This document shows, in pieces, positions 22,755 to 32,407 of a stretch of 64,000 nucleotides of DNA. Origin of the DNA: Candidatus Staskawiczbacteria bacterium RIFOXYB1_FULL_38_37 (lineage in GTDB: Bacteria > Patescibacteriota > Minisyncoccia > Minisyncoccales > Staskawiczbacteraceae); assembly GCA_001822075.1 (NCBI GenBank), contig MHPK01000002.1, forward strand, positions 11,872-75,871, given 5' to 3'. Position numbers and translations under genes: made by a program. The notes below the pieces were generated by a model that ran no database searches, was not told where the DNA came from, and was given only the letters and a program-made list of their open reading frames with translations. Each line of letters opens with the position of its first letter. Positions within the stretch are counted from its first letter, which is position 1.

Positions 22755-25358
22755 TCAATGTATGCTTTTTTCGTACTCTCGGATAAAAACATAGTATCTT
22801 GCCATAAATTCATCTGGCAGAGTTTGCAAAAGAGTTTCTGCATCATCTTTATATTCAAATTCTAATTTTAGCGCAGCTAAAGCTTCTTCGTATACTTTTT
22901 CATATTCGCCCAATTCTTTATAAACATTGGCTATGGCAATTCGGTAATCGGGGTCGTCTGGATTTTCAGATATTAAATTTAAAAATATAGAAACAATTGC
23001 CTGCAATTCCTTTTTTGCTTTCTCTTTTTGCCCTACTTGCTGGTAAATATAAGCCATTGAGGCGTGAACCGTTGGATTTTGAGGGTCTAATCGGAGAAGT
23101 TCTGCTACAAATTGTTCTACTTCTGGATTGTTTGGCTCTAAGCTGATTACTTTTTCTGCTTCTACGCCGGCCCTTGCATAGTCGCCGATTTCCCTTGAAA
23201 GGAAAGCCATAACAGCGTGATAGTTTGCGTTTTCAGGATAGTATGTAGTAAGCATATGATAAGCGTCAGCCGCATCTCTGTAATTATTCTGTCTTATGTA
23301 AGCCGCTCCTAATTGAATATAAGGTATGGGGAACCCGCCTATTTCCAGGGATTTTTGTATATGTTTTTTGCCGCTTTTTTGGTCTCCTAAAAAGATTTCT
23401 GGTATGCCCAAATACCAATAACATATTCCCTGGCTTGAGTCTATGTTTATACAGTCATAGGCTGTTTTTTTCATTGCTTGGTAATCTTCTGCTACAAGAT
23501 AATTTTTTTCCATTTCTATAAGTATTTCCTGACGTTTGGGGCTCAACTCAAGAGCTTTATTTAAATAATTTTTTGATTCTTCTAACAATTTATTTTTGTT
23601 CTCTGGATTTTCTTCTTTAGCAGCCAAAACATTATTAAGCGCGCCCATAAAAATCCAAGTTCTTGACCAAGTCGGCTGGACAGCAGAAGCTTTTTTTAGG
23701 GAGTCCAAGCCCCTTTTTACATATTCAACTTCTTGTTCCGGACTCACGCATCTTTTAATAATGTCAGCATATATCAAAGCATTATAGGCCTTAAGAATGC
23801 CCGGATTTTTATTCGCCTCTTCTATTATCATCAACGCTTTGTTGCACTTTTTTATGTTAGACAGGTTTTTTGCATAAACTACTGATTCGTTTATATAAAG
23901 CGGTTTTATATTCCAGAAGAAAAGAAATAATAATAAAATTACCAGGAAAAATCCTGCAAAAGCTTTTCTATTTTTGTGGTTTATGATTTTTTGCTGATTT
24001 TGTATCTCTGCCTTTTCTTTTTCTAAAGACAACAAATAAAAAGAATACCCTATAAAAAAGAAAGAAATTAAGTAAGTAGAAAAGCTGTCAAAGTTAAAAA
24101 TCAGCGCCGTTAAGTATCCAATAAACATGGTTTGGAGTCCGTGCGCCTTTATTTGTGTATTTTCGTGTTCCGCTTCGCGTTGTTTAACGTATTTAAATCT
24201 TTGCAGGGACCATAAAAGAACGAGCCAGAAAGCAATATAAAAGAACAATGCTATTAGGCCCGAACTTGCAGCAATGTCTAAAAAGATATTATGGGGCCTG
24301 TCCCACCATAGTTTTTGCAGATTCGGGGCAGTTGGTTCATAATATTTTTCAAACCCGATATAAAAATTTTCCGGGCCCCAGCCGAGTAGAGGCCTGTCTT
24401 TTATCGCCTTTAAAGTTATTTGCCAGACAGCAAAACGGGTTCCGAACAAATCTTCGGCCACCCTTTCAATGGATAGCCTGTTAGCCAATCTGGAAAAAAA
24501 GTCGCCTTTTTCTGATAACTTGGGAAAAGAGTTAAAGACAATTATTGAAATTATAGCAATCAATAGCAAGGACCCAGCTATAATTTTCAATGTTTTTATT
24601 TGTTTTATCCTGATTGGGTATAGAAACAAGAAAAAGAAAAACGAAACGAGCAGGGCAAGATAAGTGGCCCGGGATCCTGTAAGGAAAATAGTCAGCACAA
24701 AAAGAAGAAAGAAGCCTCCATAAATCAGTTTCTGTTTTTTCTCCCTTTTTTGCAAAAACAAAACAAAGGACCAAATTACCATAAAGAGCATATAAATTGC
24801 CAGAAAAGTGGAGTTTCCCAGAAAAGAAGGCGTGGCGCCGCCCTCGTATGATATAAAAACATTTTTCAAGAGATTAAAAGATTGCACTATAGCAAGCAAA
24901 GAGGCCAAAGATGCCACAAAAAAGTTTATATTCCATAATTTCTCCCAATTTTTATCCTTGATGAAAAGAGCTAAAATTATAGAAAAAACAAAATAAAATA
25001 ACAAATTTAAGGAACCTCCGGCTCTTGCGGGGCTCGAAAAAAAGCTGAATCTCGGGTCTTGTGAAAATATAGCAGATATAATCACAAACAAAACAAATCC
25101 TAAAAGCAGCAGGAGAGGCAGATAATCAAGAACCTTCCACCTTGGCAGAGATATTGAAATATCGTTTTTATAAAAATATTTAAAGAGTAAAAAAGACGTT
25201 AAAATAGTTAATGCGGTTCTGAATAAAAGCGTCCGGCTCCATTCAGAAGGGCCAAAAGACGGAGGGAAAATTATTATCGGCAAAAACAAAATAAAACAAA
25301 TAGCCCAAAACACTATATTGGGCGTTTTTTCTTTGAAAGACATAGTATTGTTTTTCAT
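22755..25358 (-). CDS. O-antigen ligase-like (Wzy_C domain) polytopic membrane protein with C-terminal TPR repeats
   Basis: 867 aa. FLTGSRATYLALLVSFFFF resembles the Wzy_C core. There are at least 10 TM segments, and the C-terminal approx 350 aa carry repeated A..Y......P.N..a TPR-like units. Confidence 0.7.
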   Translation of the reverse strand: MKNNTMSFKEKTPNIVFWAICFILFLPIIIFPPSFGPSEWSRTLLFRTALTILTSFLLFKYFYKNDISISLPRWKVLDYLPLLLLLGFVLFVIISAIFSQDPRFSFFSSPARAGGSLNLLFYFVFSIILALFIKDKNWEKLWNINFFVASLASLLAIVQSFNLLKNVFISYEGGATPSFLGNSTFLAIYMLFMVIWSFVLFLQKREKKQKLIYGGFFLLFVLTIFLTGSRATYLALLVSFFFFLFLYPIRIKQIKTLKIIAGSLLLIAIISIIVFNSFPKLSEKGDFFSRLANRLSIERVAEDLFGTRFAVWQITLKAIKDRPLLGWGPENFYIGFEKYYEPTAPNLQKLWWDRPHNIFLDIAASSGLIALFFYIAFWLVLLWSLQRFKYVKQREAEHENTQIKAHGLQTMFIGYLTALIFNFDSFSTYLISFFFIGYSFYLLSLEKEKAEIQNQQKIINHKNRKAFAGFFLVILLLFLFFWNIKPLYINESVVYAKNLSNIKKCNKALMIIEEANKNPGILKAYNALIYADIIKRCVSPEQEVEYVKRGLDSLKKASAVQPTWSRTWIFMGALNNVLAAKEENPENKNKLLEESKNYLNKALELSPKRQEILIEMEKNYLVAEDYQAMKKTAYDCINIDSSQGICYWYLGIPEIFLGDQKSGKKHIQKSLEIGGFPIPYIQLGAAYIRQNNYRDAADAYHMLTTYYPENANYHAVMAFLSREIGDYARAGVEAEKVISLEPNNPEVEQFVAELLRLDPQNPTVHASMAYIYQQVGQKEKAKKELQAIVSIFLNLISENPDDPDYRIAIANVYKELGEYEKVYEEALAALKLEFEYKDDAETLLQTLPDEFMARYYVFIREYEKSIH

Positions 25359-25403
25359 ATGATTTTATGATATAAAGAAAAAATCAAAAAAACAACCCTT
25401 TTT

Positions 25404-26381
25404 ATGGATTTTAACGATAAAAGAGTTTTAATTACGGGCGGAGGCGGATTTATAGGAAGTCATATAGCCGCAAATTTAGAGAAAAAAGGATTTAAAATCC
25501 GGCTTTTTGATTTAAATTTTGATAACCTTGATACTCTTTGCAAAAAGCTAGGGTATTGTTCAAAAGCAGAAAAAGTCGTCGGAAACATTTTAGATACCAT
25601 TAGTCTGGCTTCGGCTGTTGAGGGCTGCGATTATGTGGTTCATGCGGCCGCTATGCTGGGAGTCAAAAATACAGAGCAAAAAAGTTTAGAATGCTTAAAC
25701 GTTAATATATTGGGCGCAATCAATATCTTAGAGGCTTGCGTAAAAGAGGGAGTTAAGAGAATTATTTTTACCTCGTCTTCAGAAGTTTATGGCGAACCCG
25801 TTGAATGCCCCATTAAAGAAACTAATTCCACCAGCCCGGTTTCGCTTTATGGGGTAAGCAAGCTTGCCGGAGAAGAATATATGAAGGCCTATCAAAAAAA
25901 ATATGGCTTGGAATTTTCAATCGTAAGATTTTTTAATGTCTATGGTCCCGGGCAGGTTGCAGAATTTGTTATGCCGCGCTTTATAAAAAATGTTTTAAAT
26001 AACGAGCCGCCGGTTGTTTATGGTTCAGGGAACCAAATAAGAGCATTTTGTTTCGTGGAAGATGCGGCTGAAGGCGTAAGCCAGGTTTTGACAGAAGGCA
26101 ACGGTAAAAACCAAATTTTTAATATTGGCAACGACGAGGAATCAATTTCTATGAAAGATTTGGCTGAGAAAGTAATAAAAATATCAGGTAAAGATTTAAA
26201 ACCGCAATTTGCAAGCATGCGCGACTCTGACAGAGAGGAATCTCGGGAGATACATAGGAGAATTCCCACAATTTACCAGGCAAGGCAGCTTTTAAAATAT
26301 AAGCCCCAGTTTTCTTTAGAACAAGGCATCAGAAAAGTAATAGAAGCAGACTGTATCTTTGATACATGGCACACAAGCTAA
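25404..26381 (+). CDS. NAD-dependent nucleotide-sugar epimerase/dehydratase (extended SDR)
   Basis: ITGGGGFIGSH and YGVSKLAGE (YxxxK). Confidence 0.85.
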   Translation: MDFNDKRVLITGGGGFIGSHIAANLEKKGFKIRLFDLNFDNLDTLCKKLGYCSKAEKVVGNILDTISLASAVEGCDYVVHAAAMLGVKNTEQKSLECLNVNILGAINILEACVKEGVKRIIFTSSSEVYGEPVECPIKETNSTSPVSLYGVSKLAGEEYMKAYQKKYGLEFSIVRFFNVYGPGQVAEFVMPRFIKNVLNNEPPVVYGSGNQIRAFCFVEDAAEGVSQVLTEGNGKNQIFNIGNDEESISMKDLAEKVIKISGKDLKPQFASMRDSDREESREIHRRIPTIYQARQLLKYKPQFSLEQGIRKVIEADCIFDTWHTS

Positions 26382-26407
26382 TTTAATTCAATAAAAAAAA
26401 TTTGATT

Positions 26408-27136
26408 ATGAAAATTGGCATATTAGGTTATGGCCAAATAGGCCAGGCAATTGCAAAATTTTATAAATCCGCCAGCTGGCGGACCAAAATAAAAGACCTG
26501 AAAAGAGATGATGGTTTAATTGGAGTTGATATTTTGCATGTTTGCATACCATATAACAATAAATTTATTGCCACAGCCGCAAAAGAAATAAAGCAGATAA
26601 ACCCCAAATTAACCATTATTCATTCTACGGTCGCTTTTGGCGCCACAAAAAAATTAGCTGATAAATTTTCAGGCAGGATTGTTCATAGTCCGGTAAGAGG
26701 GGTGCACCCCAATTTGTACAAAGGCATAAAAACTTTTGTTAAATATATTGGAGCTGACAATAAGAAGGCAGGGAATTTGGCAAAAAGGCATTTGGAGAGT
26801 TTGGGCATTAAGACTAAACTTTTTAATTCTTCACGCATCACAGAAGCCATTAAGCTCTGGGACACCACTCAATATGGATGGATGATTGTTTTAAATAAAG
26901 AAATTAAAGAATGGTGCAATAATAATAAGGTTGATTTTGAGGCTGTTTATTCAGAAGCAAATAAAACATATGCGCAAGGTTATAAAAAATTAGGCAGGCC
27001 CGACGTTGTTAGGCCCTATCTAAAGTATATGCCAGGCAAAGTAGGCGGGCACTGTATAATTCCAAATTGCCACATTTTGAAAAGCGAAATATCAAAGTTT
27101 ATTTTAAAAAAGAATTCTCAATATAAAAAAAGATGA
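26408..27136 (+). CDS. NAD-binding dehydrogenase-like protein (short relative of the UDP-glucose/GDP-mannose dehydrogenase family?)
   Basis: IGILGYGQIGQAIA Rossmann motif. GGHCIIPN resembles GGxCxxKD. I prefer the ATG at 26408 over the TTG at 26402. Confidence 0.4.
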   Translation: MKIGILGYGQIGQAIAKFYKSASWRTKIKDLKRDDGLIGVDILHVCIPYNNKFIATAAKEIKQINPKLTIIHSTVAFGATKKLADKFSGRIVHSPVRGVHPNLYKGIKTFVKYIGADNKKAGNLAKRHLESLGIKTKLFNSSRITEAIKLWDTTQYGWMIVLNKEIKEWCNNNKVDFEAVYSEANKTYAQGYKKLGRPDVVRPYLKYMPGKVGGHCIIPNCHILKSEISKFILKKNSQYKKR

Positions 27137-27576
27137 AAAAAGTAGTTATAACATCTGGCTACTTTAATCCTTTGCATTCAGGCCACATAAACCTGTTTAG
27201 GGGAGCTAAAAAGCTTGGTGATTTTTTAATTGTAATAGTAAATAATGATAAGCAAGTAAAATTTAAGGGTTCTGCGCCATTTATGGCAGAAAACGAAAGA
27301 GTTGAAATAATTAAGGAATTAAAACCTGTTGATGAAGTTTTTCTATCCATTGACAATTATCCAGAAGATAAGGTGCCAATATCAGAATCTTTGCGTAAAA
27401 TAGCTAAAAAATATGCCGATTGCGAGATTATTTTTGCTAAGGGGGGCGATAGGAATTTTGACAATCTGCCGGAAAGGGAAAAAGCAGTTTGCAAAGAGTT
27501 TAATATAAAAGTGGTTGCAAATGTGGGGGGAGATAAAGTGCAAAGTTCTTCATGGCTTTTGAAAAACGTAAAATAA
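27133..27576 (+). CDS. Cytidylyl/adenylyltransferase-like nucleotidyltransferase (RfaE domain II / TagD type)
   Basis: 147 aa. VVITSGYFNPLHSGHINLF carries the HxGH motif. Confidence 0.7.
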   Translation: MKKVVITSGYFNPLHSGHINLFRGAKKLGDFLIVIVNNDKQVKFKGSAPFMAENERVEIIKELKPVDEVFLSIDNYPEDKVPISESLRKIAKKYADCEIIFAKGGDRNFDNLPEREKAVCKEFNIKVVANVGGDKVQSSSWLLKNVK

Positions 27577-27603
27577 GAATGAAATGATACTTGATGACCC
27601 CTA

Positions 27604-27632
27604 TTGACACCAAGTCTGTAGGGGTTTAGTAT
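27604..27632 (+). promoter_or_regulatory. Internal promoter inside a 7-bp inverted repeat
   Basis: TTGACA 27604-27609, 17 nt, TAGTAT 27627-27632. accccta (27597-27603) and taggggt (27619-27625) flank the -35 box. Confidence 0.4.
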
Positions 27633-27649
27633 TAAATAAAACCAAAAAT

Positions 27650-27898
27650 ATGACAGAAGATATAAAACCTGATAAAATATATACTCCCAAAGAAACTAGA
27701 GATTTTTTAAAGGTTTCAGAAAGCACCATGAAGAGGATGATCAAAAACGGCATTATAAAAGCTTATAAAGTAAGCGGGCAATACAGGATTTGGGGAAATG
27801 AAATTTTACGTCTGATTTCGCCGAGTTTTGATAAAAGTTTCTACAAGGTCTATAAAAAGATAAAAAATAAAACTAAGGAAACCATTAAAAAATGGTAG
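27650..27898 (+). CDS. Small excisionase/MerR-type helix-turn-helix protein
   Basis: 82 aa. YTPKETRDFLKVSESTMKRMIKNGIIKAYKVSGQYRI. Confidence 0.6.
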   Translation: MTEDIKPDKIYTPKETRDFLKVSESTMKRMIKNGIIKAYKVSGQYRIWGNEILRLISPSFDKSFYKVYKKIKNKTKETIKKW

Positions 27899-27923
27899 CT
27901 TTGTTTTGTTTATAATTCAGAAT

Positions 27924-28883
27924 ATGGGTTTAGAAAATAAAACAATTTTAATTACGGGCGGACTTGGATCGTTCGGCCAGAAATTTACAGAAATTATTTT
28001 AAAGGAGCACAACCCAAAAGCTGTCAGAATTTACGACAACAGGGAATTGGCTCAAGTTGAAGTTGGCAGAAAGTTAAATGATGGACGCGTAAGATTTTTT
28101 TTGGGAGATGTGCGCGATAAAGATCGGCTTAAACGCGCCATGCAAGGGGCAGATATTGTTGTGCATGCTGCTGCCTTAAAACACGTGCCCGTTTGCGAGT
28201 ACAACCCTATAGAAGCTATAAGAACAAATATAGATGGGGCTGTAAATGTCATTGATGCTGCTATTGATTGTTCTGTGCAAAAAGTTATTGCCATAAGCAC
28301 AGATAAAGCTGTTCAGCCTGTGAACCTTTACGGAGCCACAAAAATGGTTGCAGAAAAGCTTTTTGTGCAGGGCAATAGCTATTCTGGTGATAAAAAAACA
28401 ATTTTTAGCTGTTCAAGGTACGGAAATGTTGTTGGCAGTTCTGGATCTGTTATTCCTTTATTTAAAGAACAGGGACAAAAAGGAGAGATTACAATCACAG
28501 ATGAAAGAATGACCAGATTTTGGATAACCCTAGACGAAGGAGTTAGATTTGTCATAAAATGTATTGAAAAAATGAAAGGCGGAGAAATTTTTGTGCCCAA
28601 AATTCCCAGTATGAAAATTACAGATGTCGCAGAGGCAATAGCTCCCGAAGCAAAAAGAATTATTGTGGGAATAAGGCCCGGCGAAAAAATAAGCGAAGTT
28701 TTATTAACCCAAGAAGAGGCTATGCACGCTAAAGAATTTGATGATTATTTTATAATTGAACCGGAGTTTTCTTTTTGGGATTCAGAAAACCATAAAGACG
28801 GGAAGCCGGTTTCAACTGATTTTATTTATTCTTCAGATAAAAATACCCAATGGTTGGCCAAAGGCCAAATTAAAGAAATTTAA
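27924..28883 (+). CDS. pseB: UDP-N-acetylglucosamine 4,6-dehydratase (inverting), PseB/FlaA1/CapD type
   Basis: KTILITGGLGSFGQKF, YGATKMVAEKLF, about 320 aa and soluble. I prefer the ATG at 27924 over the TTG at 27906. Confidence 0.75.
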   Translation: MGLENKTILITGGLGSFGQKFTEIILKEHNPKAVRIYDNRELAQVEVGRKLNDGRVRFFLGDVRDKDRLKRAMQGADIVVHAAALKHVPVCEYNPIEAIRTNIDGAVNVIDAAIDCSVQKVIAISTDKAVQPVNLYGATKMVAEKLFVQGNSYSGDKKTIFSCSRYGNVVGSSGSVIPLFKEQGQKGEITITDERMTRFWITLDEGVRFVIKCIEKMKGGEIFVPKIPSMKITDVAEAIAPEAKRIIVGIRPGEKISEVLLTQEEAMHAKEFDDYFIIEPEFSFWDSENHKDGKPVSTDFIYSSDKNTQWLAKGQIKEI

Positions 28884-28894
28884 AAACATAAACG

Positions 28895-30019
28895 ATGAAA
28901 AAAATTCCTTACAGCCATCAATGGATAGATAATAAAGATATTAAAGAAGTGGTTAAAGTTTTAAAATCTGACTGGCTGACTCAAGGCCCAAAAGTTGAAG
29001 AATTTGAAAAAGCGATTGCAAAATATTGTAATGCAAAATATGGAGTGGCGTTTTCTTCTGGCACTTCGGCTCTTTATGCAGCTTATAAAACAGCTGGAAT
29101 TAAAGAAGGAGACGAGGTTGTTACGACACCCCTTACATTTGTTGCTACCAGCAACATGATATCTGTTTTGGGCGCTAAGCCGGTTTTTGTTGATGTTGAA
29201 CAAGATACTCTTAATATCAATCCCGAACTTATCGAGAGGTTAATTACTTCCCGCACAAAAGCAATAGCTACAGTTGATTTCGCCGGAGTTTCTTGTGATT
29301 ACGATAAAATTTTAAAAATTGCCAAAAAAAACAAATTATTGCTGATAGAAGATGCTTGTCATGCTTTGGGGACCGAATATAAAGGCAGAAAACTGGGCAG
29401 TTTTGCAGATATTGCAATTGTTACTTTCCATCCGGTAAAACATATTACGACAGGAGAGGGCGGAGTGGCTTTAACTAATAATAAAAATTTTTACGAAAAA
29501 CTTAAAATTGTTAGAAACCACGGTATTATAAAAAAACCAGAAAAAGGGGGATGGTACTATGAGGTAAAAGAACCCTCTTTCAATTTTAGAATTACAGACA
29601 TTCAGTGCGCCTTAGGAATTAGCCAGCTAAAAAAAATAGACAGATTTTTGAAAAGAAGAAGAGAAATTATAGCTAAATATAATAAGGCCTTTAAGGACGT
29701 AAAAGAAATTATATTGCCAACAGAAAAGAATTATCTAAAAACTGCCCGGTATATATATCCAATTCAGGTAAAAAAACAAAACAGAAAAAAAGTATTTAGT
29801 AATTTACAAGAACAAGGAATCGGTATTCAGATCCATTATATGCCCTTGCATCTGCATCCTTTTTATAAAAAAAGATTTGAATATAAAAAAGGAGATTTTC
29901 CTATAGCTGAAGAATATTATGAAAGAGCAATAACTATACCTCTTTTTCCCAAAATGACAAACAGGGAAGTAGATTATGTAATAAAATCAGTAAAGAAAGC
30001 AGTTGGAAATGACCGATAA
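28895..30019 (+). CDS. pseC: DegT/DnrJ/EryC1-family PLP aminotransferase, PseC-like
   Basis: IPYSHQWIDNKDIKEVVKVLKSDWLTQGPKVEEFE N-terminus. PLP-lysine context FHPVKHITTGEGG. Confidence 0.7.
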   Translation: MKKIPYSHQWIDNKDIKEVVKVLKSDWLTQGPKVEEFEKAIAKYCNAKYGVAFSSGTSALYAAYKTAGIKEGDEVVTTPLTFVATSNMISVLGAKPVFVDVEQDTLNINPELIERLITSRTKAIATVDFAGVSCDYDKILKIAKKNKLLLIEDACHALGTEYKGRKLGSFADIAIVTFHPVKHITTGEGGVALTNNKNFYEKLKIVRNHGIIKKPEKGGWYYEVKEPSFNFRITDIQCALGISQLKKIDRFLKRRREIIAKYNKAFKDVKEIILPTEKNYLKTARYIYPIQVKKQNRKKVFSNLQEQGIGIQIHYMPLHLHPFYKKRFEYKKGDFPIAEEYYERAITIPLFPKMTNREVDYVIKSVKKAVGNDR

Positions 30020-31085
30020 AATTATTTTTAAAAAAGAAAACGGAAAAGAATTTTGGGGCTATTGGCAGAACTATGTTTTAGAAAATAAAATAAGCCCAAA
30101 ATACCTTAAGACATATATAGAACCGCTTATTGCAGTTTCAAAAAATAATTCTTTATTGAAATCAGATGAAAGCTTTGTCTATTTAGAAAATAATAAAGTT
30201 GCAGCTTGTGTTTTTTTGCCCGTTGAGAAAGAAAATAAAGACAGTGATATAAAAAGCATAAAAATAGAATGTGACGGGGATTTTATTTTAGCCCCTTTGT
30301 GCAAAAACAAAAATATTGAAAAAAAAGTTTTTAATCTGATAGACGATATTGCTAAAAAAAACGTTGTCTCGAAAATAATGTTTCATATAGACCCATTAGA
30401 AAGAGAAAAGCGCTCCTTTAATTATCTGCAAAAATATAATTATTTGGCCAGTTCAATTCTAGTTTATTTCATTGATACTAGAAAAGGGAAAGACCTGTTG
30501 GCCTTGTGTAGGGAGGGCTGCAGAAAACTGATAAGGCCCCTTTTAAAAAACAACGATTTTTCAATTTTTTACATAGATAAAGAAAATTCAGATTATAATA
30601 TACATAAATTATATGAAAAGTTGCATCATAAGTGCGCCGGCCGTGTAACTAGGCCCCAGTGGACTTTTGACAACCAATTTGAGGAACTAAGGCAAGGTCA
30701 TGCTGTATTATTCGGTTTAAGATATAGAAATAAAGAGGTTGCTTTCTGTTATTTTTCTTATAACGCGAATAAAGCTGTTTATTCTTCTGGAGCCGATGAC
30801 CCCGAATACGATAAACTGCCTCTTTATCATTTGTTAATATATTATGCAATGAAATATTTTCAGGAAAGAGGCATAGATTTTATAGATGTCGGACAGCCAT
30901 CCAGTCCCTCAAACCAATTTTTTTATTATCCAGACGAAAAGCAATTAAAGATAGCCTTGTTTAAAAGGGGATTTTGCGGAGAATACGCAGAGGATTTAAG
31001 AGGCATTAAATATTTTTTAAAGGATGTTTTTGAAAAAGACATAAAAGATTTTGTAAAAAACTATAAAAATTCAATTCAAGAATAA
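30003..31085 (+). CDS. FemAB/GNAT-fold acyl- or aminoacyl-transferase-like protein
   Basis: 360 aa. The C-terminal half VLFGLRYRNKEVAFCYFSYNANKAVYSSGADD...LYHLLIYYAMKYFQERGIDFIDVGQ resembles the FemAB-family pattern. Weak call. Confidence 0.35.
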   Translation: MEMTDKIIFKKENGKEFWGYWQNYVLENKISPKYLKTYIEPLIAVSKNNSLLKSDESFVYLENNKVAACVFLPVEKENKDSDIKSIKIECDGDFILAPLCKNKNIEKKVFNLIDDIAKKNVVSKIMFHIDPLEREKRSFNYLQKYNYLASSILVYFIDTRKGKDLLALCREGCRKLIRPLLKNNDFSIFYIDKENSDYNIHKLYEKLHHKCAGRVTRPQWTFDNQFEELRQGHAVLFGLRYRNKEVAFCYFSYNANKAVYSSGADDPEYDKLPLYHLLIYYAMKYFQERGIDFIDVGQPSSPSNQFFYYPDEKQLKIALFKRGFCGEYAEDLRGIKYFLKDVFEKDIKDFVKNYKNSIQE

Positions 31086-31087
31086 CC

Positions 31088-32407
31088 ATGAAAAAAAGCA
31101 AAAAAGGGATTGCTTTGTGGAAAAAAGCAAAAAAGATAATTCCGGGCGGAACCCAGCTTTTATCAAAAAGGTCAGAATTATATTTGCCTGAACAGTGGCC
31201 TTCGTACTTTAAAAAAGCTAAAGGCTGCGAAGTCTGGGATTTAGACGGAAATAAATATATTGATATGTATTCTATGGGAATTGGCAGTTGTATTTTAGGA
31301 TATGCTGACCCTGATGTGAATAAAGCAGTAAAAAAAGTAATTGATGAGGGGTCAATGTGCACATTAAATTCCCCTGAAGAAGTTGAATTAGCAGAGTTAC
31401 TTTTAAAAATTCATCCCTGGGCAAAGGAAGTGAGATATGCCAGGACAGGCGGAGAGGCAATGGCCCAGGCCGTAAGAATTGCAAGGGCTAAAAGCCAAAA
31501 AGATAAAGTGGCACTTTGCGGTTATCACGGTTGGCACGACTGGTATCTATCTTCTAATCTGGCCGATGATAAAAATTTAGACGGCCATTTAATTAAGGGA
31601 TTAGAGCCAAGAGGAGTGCCAAGAGGGTTAAAAGGCACAGCTATACCATTTTATTACAACAAGATACAAGAGCTAGAGAGAATCGTTAAGGATAATAAAG
31701 ATATCGGAGTTATTGTTTTAGAGCCTTTAAGGCACCAGGAGCCAAAAGATAATTTTTTACAAAAAGTTAGAAAAATTGCAGATGATATAAATGCTGTTTT
31801 GATTTTTGACGAAGTAAGCTCTGGATTCAGGTTTAATATCGGAGGAGTTCATTTAAAATACAAGGTTTATCCGGATATAGCCGTTTTTGCTAAAGGTATG
31901 AGCAACGGATTCCCCATGGCAGCTATAATCGGCAAAAAAAATGTGATGGAATCAGCTCAAGACACTTTTATTTCAAGCACTTATTGGACAGAGAGAACGG
32001 GACCTATGGCAGCTTTGGCTACGATAAAAAAAATGATAAAAAATAAAATCCCTGGAAAACTTGAAAGCACAGGAAAATATTTAATAAAAAATTTAAAACA
32101 GATTGCAGAAAGAAATAGCATAAAAATGGAAATAATTGGAAAACCAGCTTTAATGCATTTTTCTTTTCAGTATGGCGCTAAAAATCGCGCCATTGAAACC
32201 CTTTTTACCCAGGAGATGTTAATGCGCGGCGTTATTGCTTCTTCTGGAATTTATGTTTCATACGCTTTTAAAAGAGAGCATATTAATAAATACTTAAAAG
32301 CGGTTGACGAAGTCTTTTCAATTTTGAGAAAGGCAATTGAAGAAAATAAAATTAAAAAATTATTGAGAGGTCCTGTTGCCCAGTCGGGATTTCAAAGATT
32401 AACATGA
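31088..32407 (+). CDS. Class III PLP aminotransferase (glutamate-1-semialdehyde 2,1-aminomutase-like)
   Basis: IPGGTQLLSKR...GCEVWDLDGNKYID, DEVSSGFR, AKGMSNGFPMAA. Confidence 0.75.
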   Translation: MKKSKKGIALWKKAKKIIPGGTQLLSKRSELYLPEQWPSYFKKAKGCEVWDLDGNKYIDMYSMGIGSCILGYADPDVNKAVKKVIDEGSMCTLNSPEEVELAELLLKIHPWAKEVRYARTGGEAMAQAVRIARAKSQKDKVALCGYHGWHDWYLSSNLADDKNLDGHLIKGLEPRGVPRGLKGTAIPFYYNKIQELERIVKDNKDIGVIVLEPLRHQEPKDNFLQKVRKIADDINAVLIFDEVSSGFRFNIGGVHLKYKVYPDIAVFAKGMSNGFPMAAIIGKKNVMESAQDTFISSTYWTERTGPMAALATIKKMIKNKIPGKLESTGKYLIKNLKQIAERNSIKMEIIGKPALMHFSFQYGAKNRAIETLFTQEMLMRGVIASSGIYVSYAFKREHINKYLKAVDEVFSILRKAIEENKIKKLLRGPVAQSGFQRLT

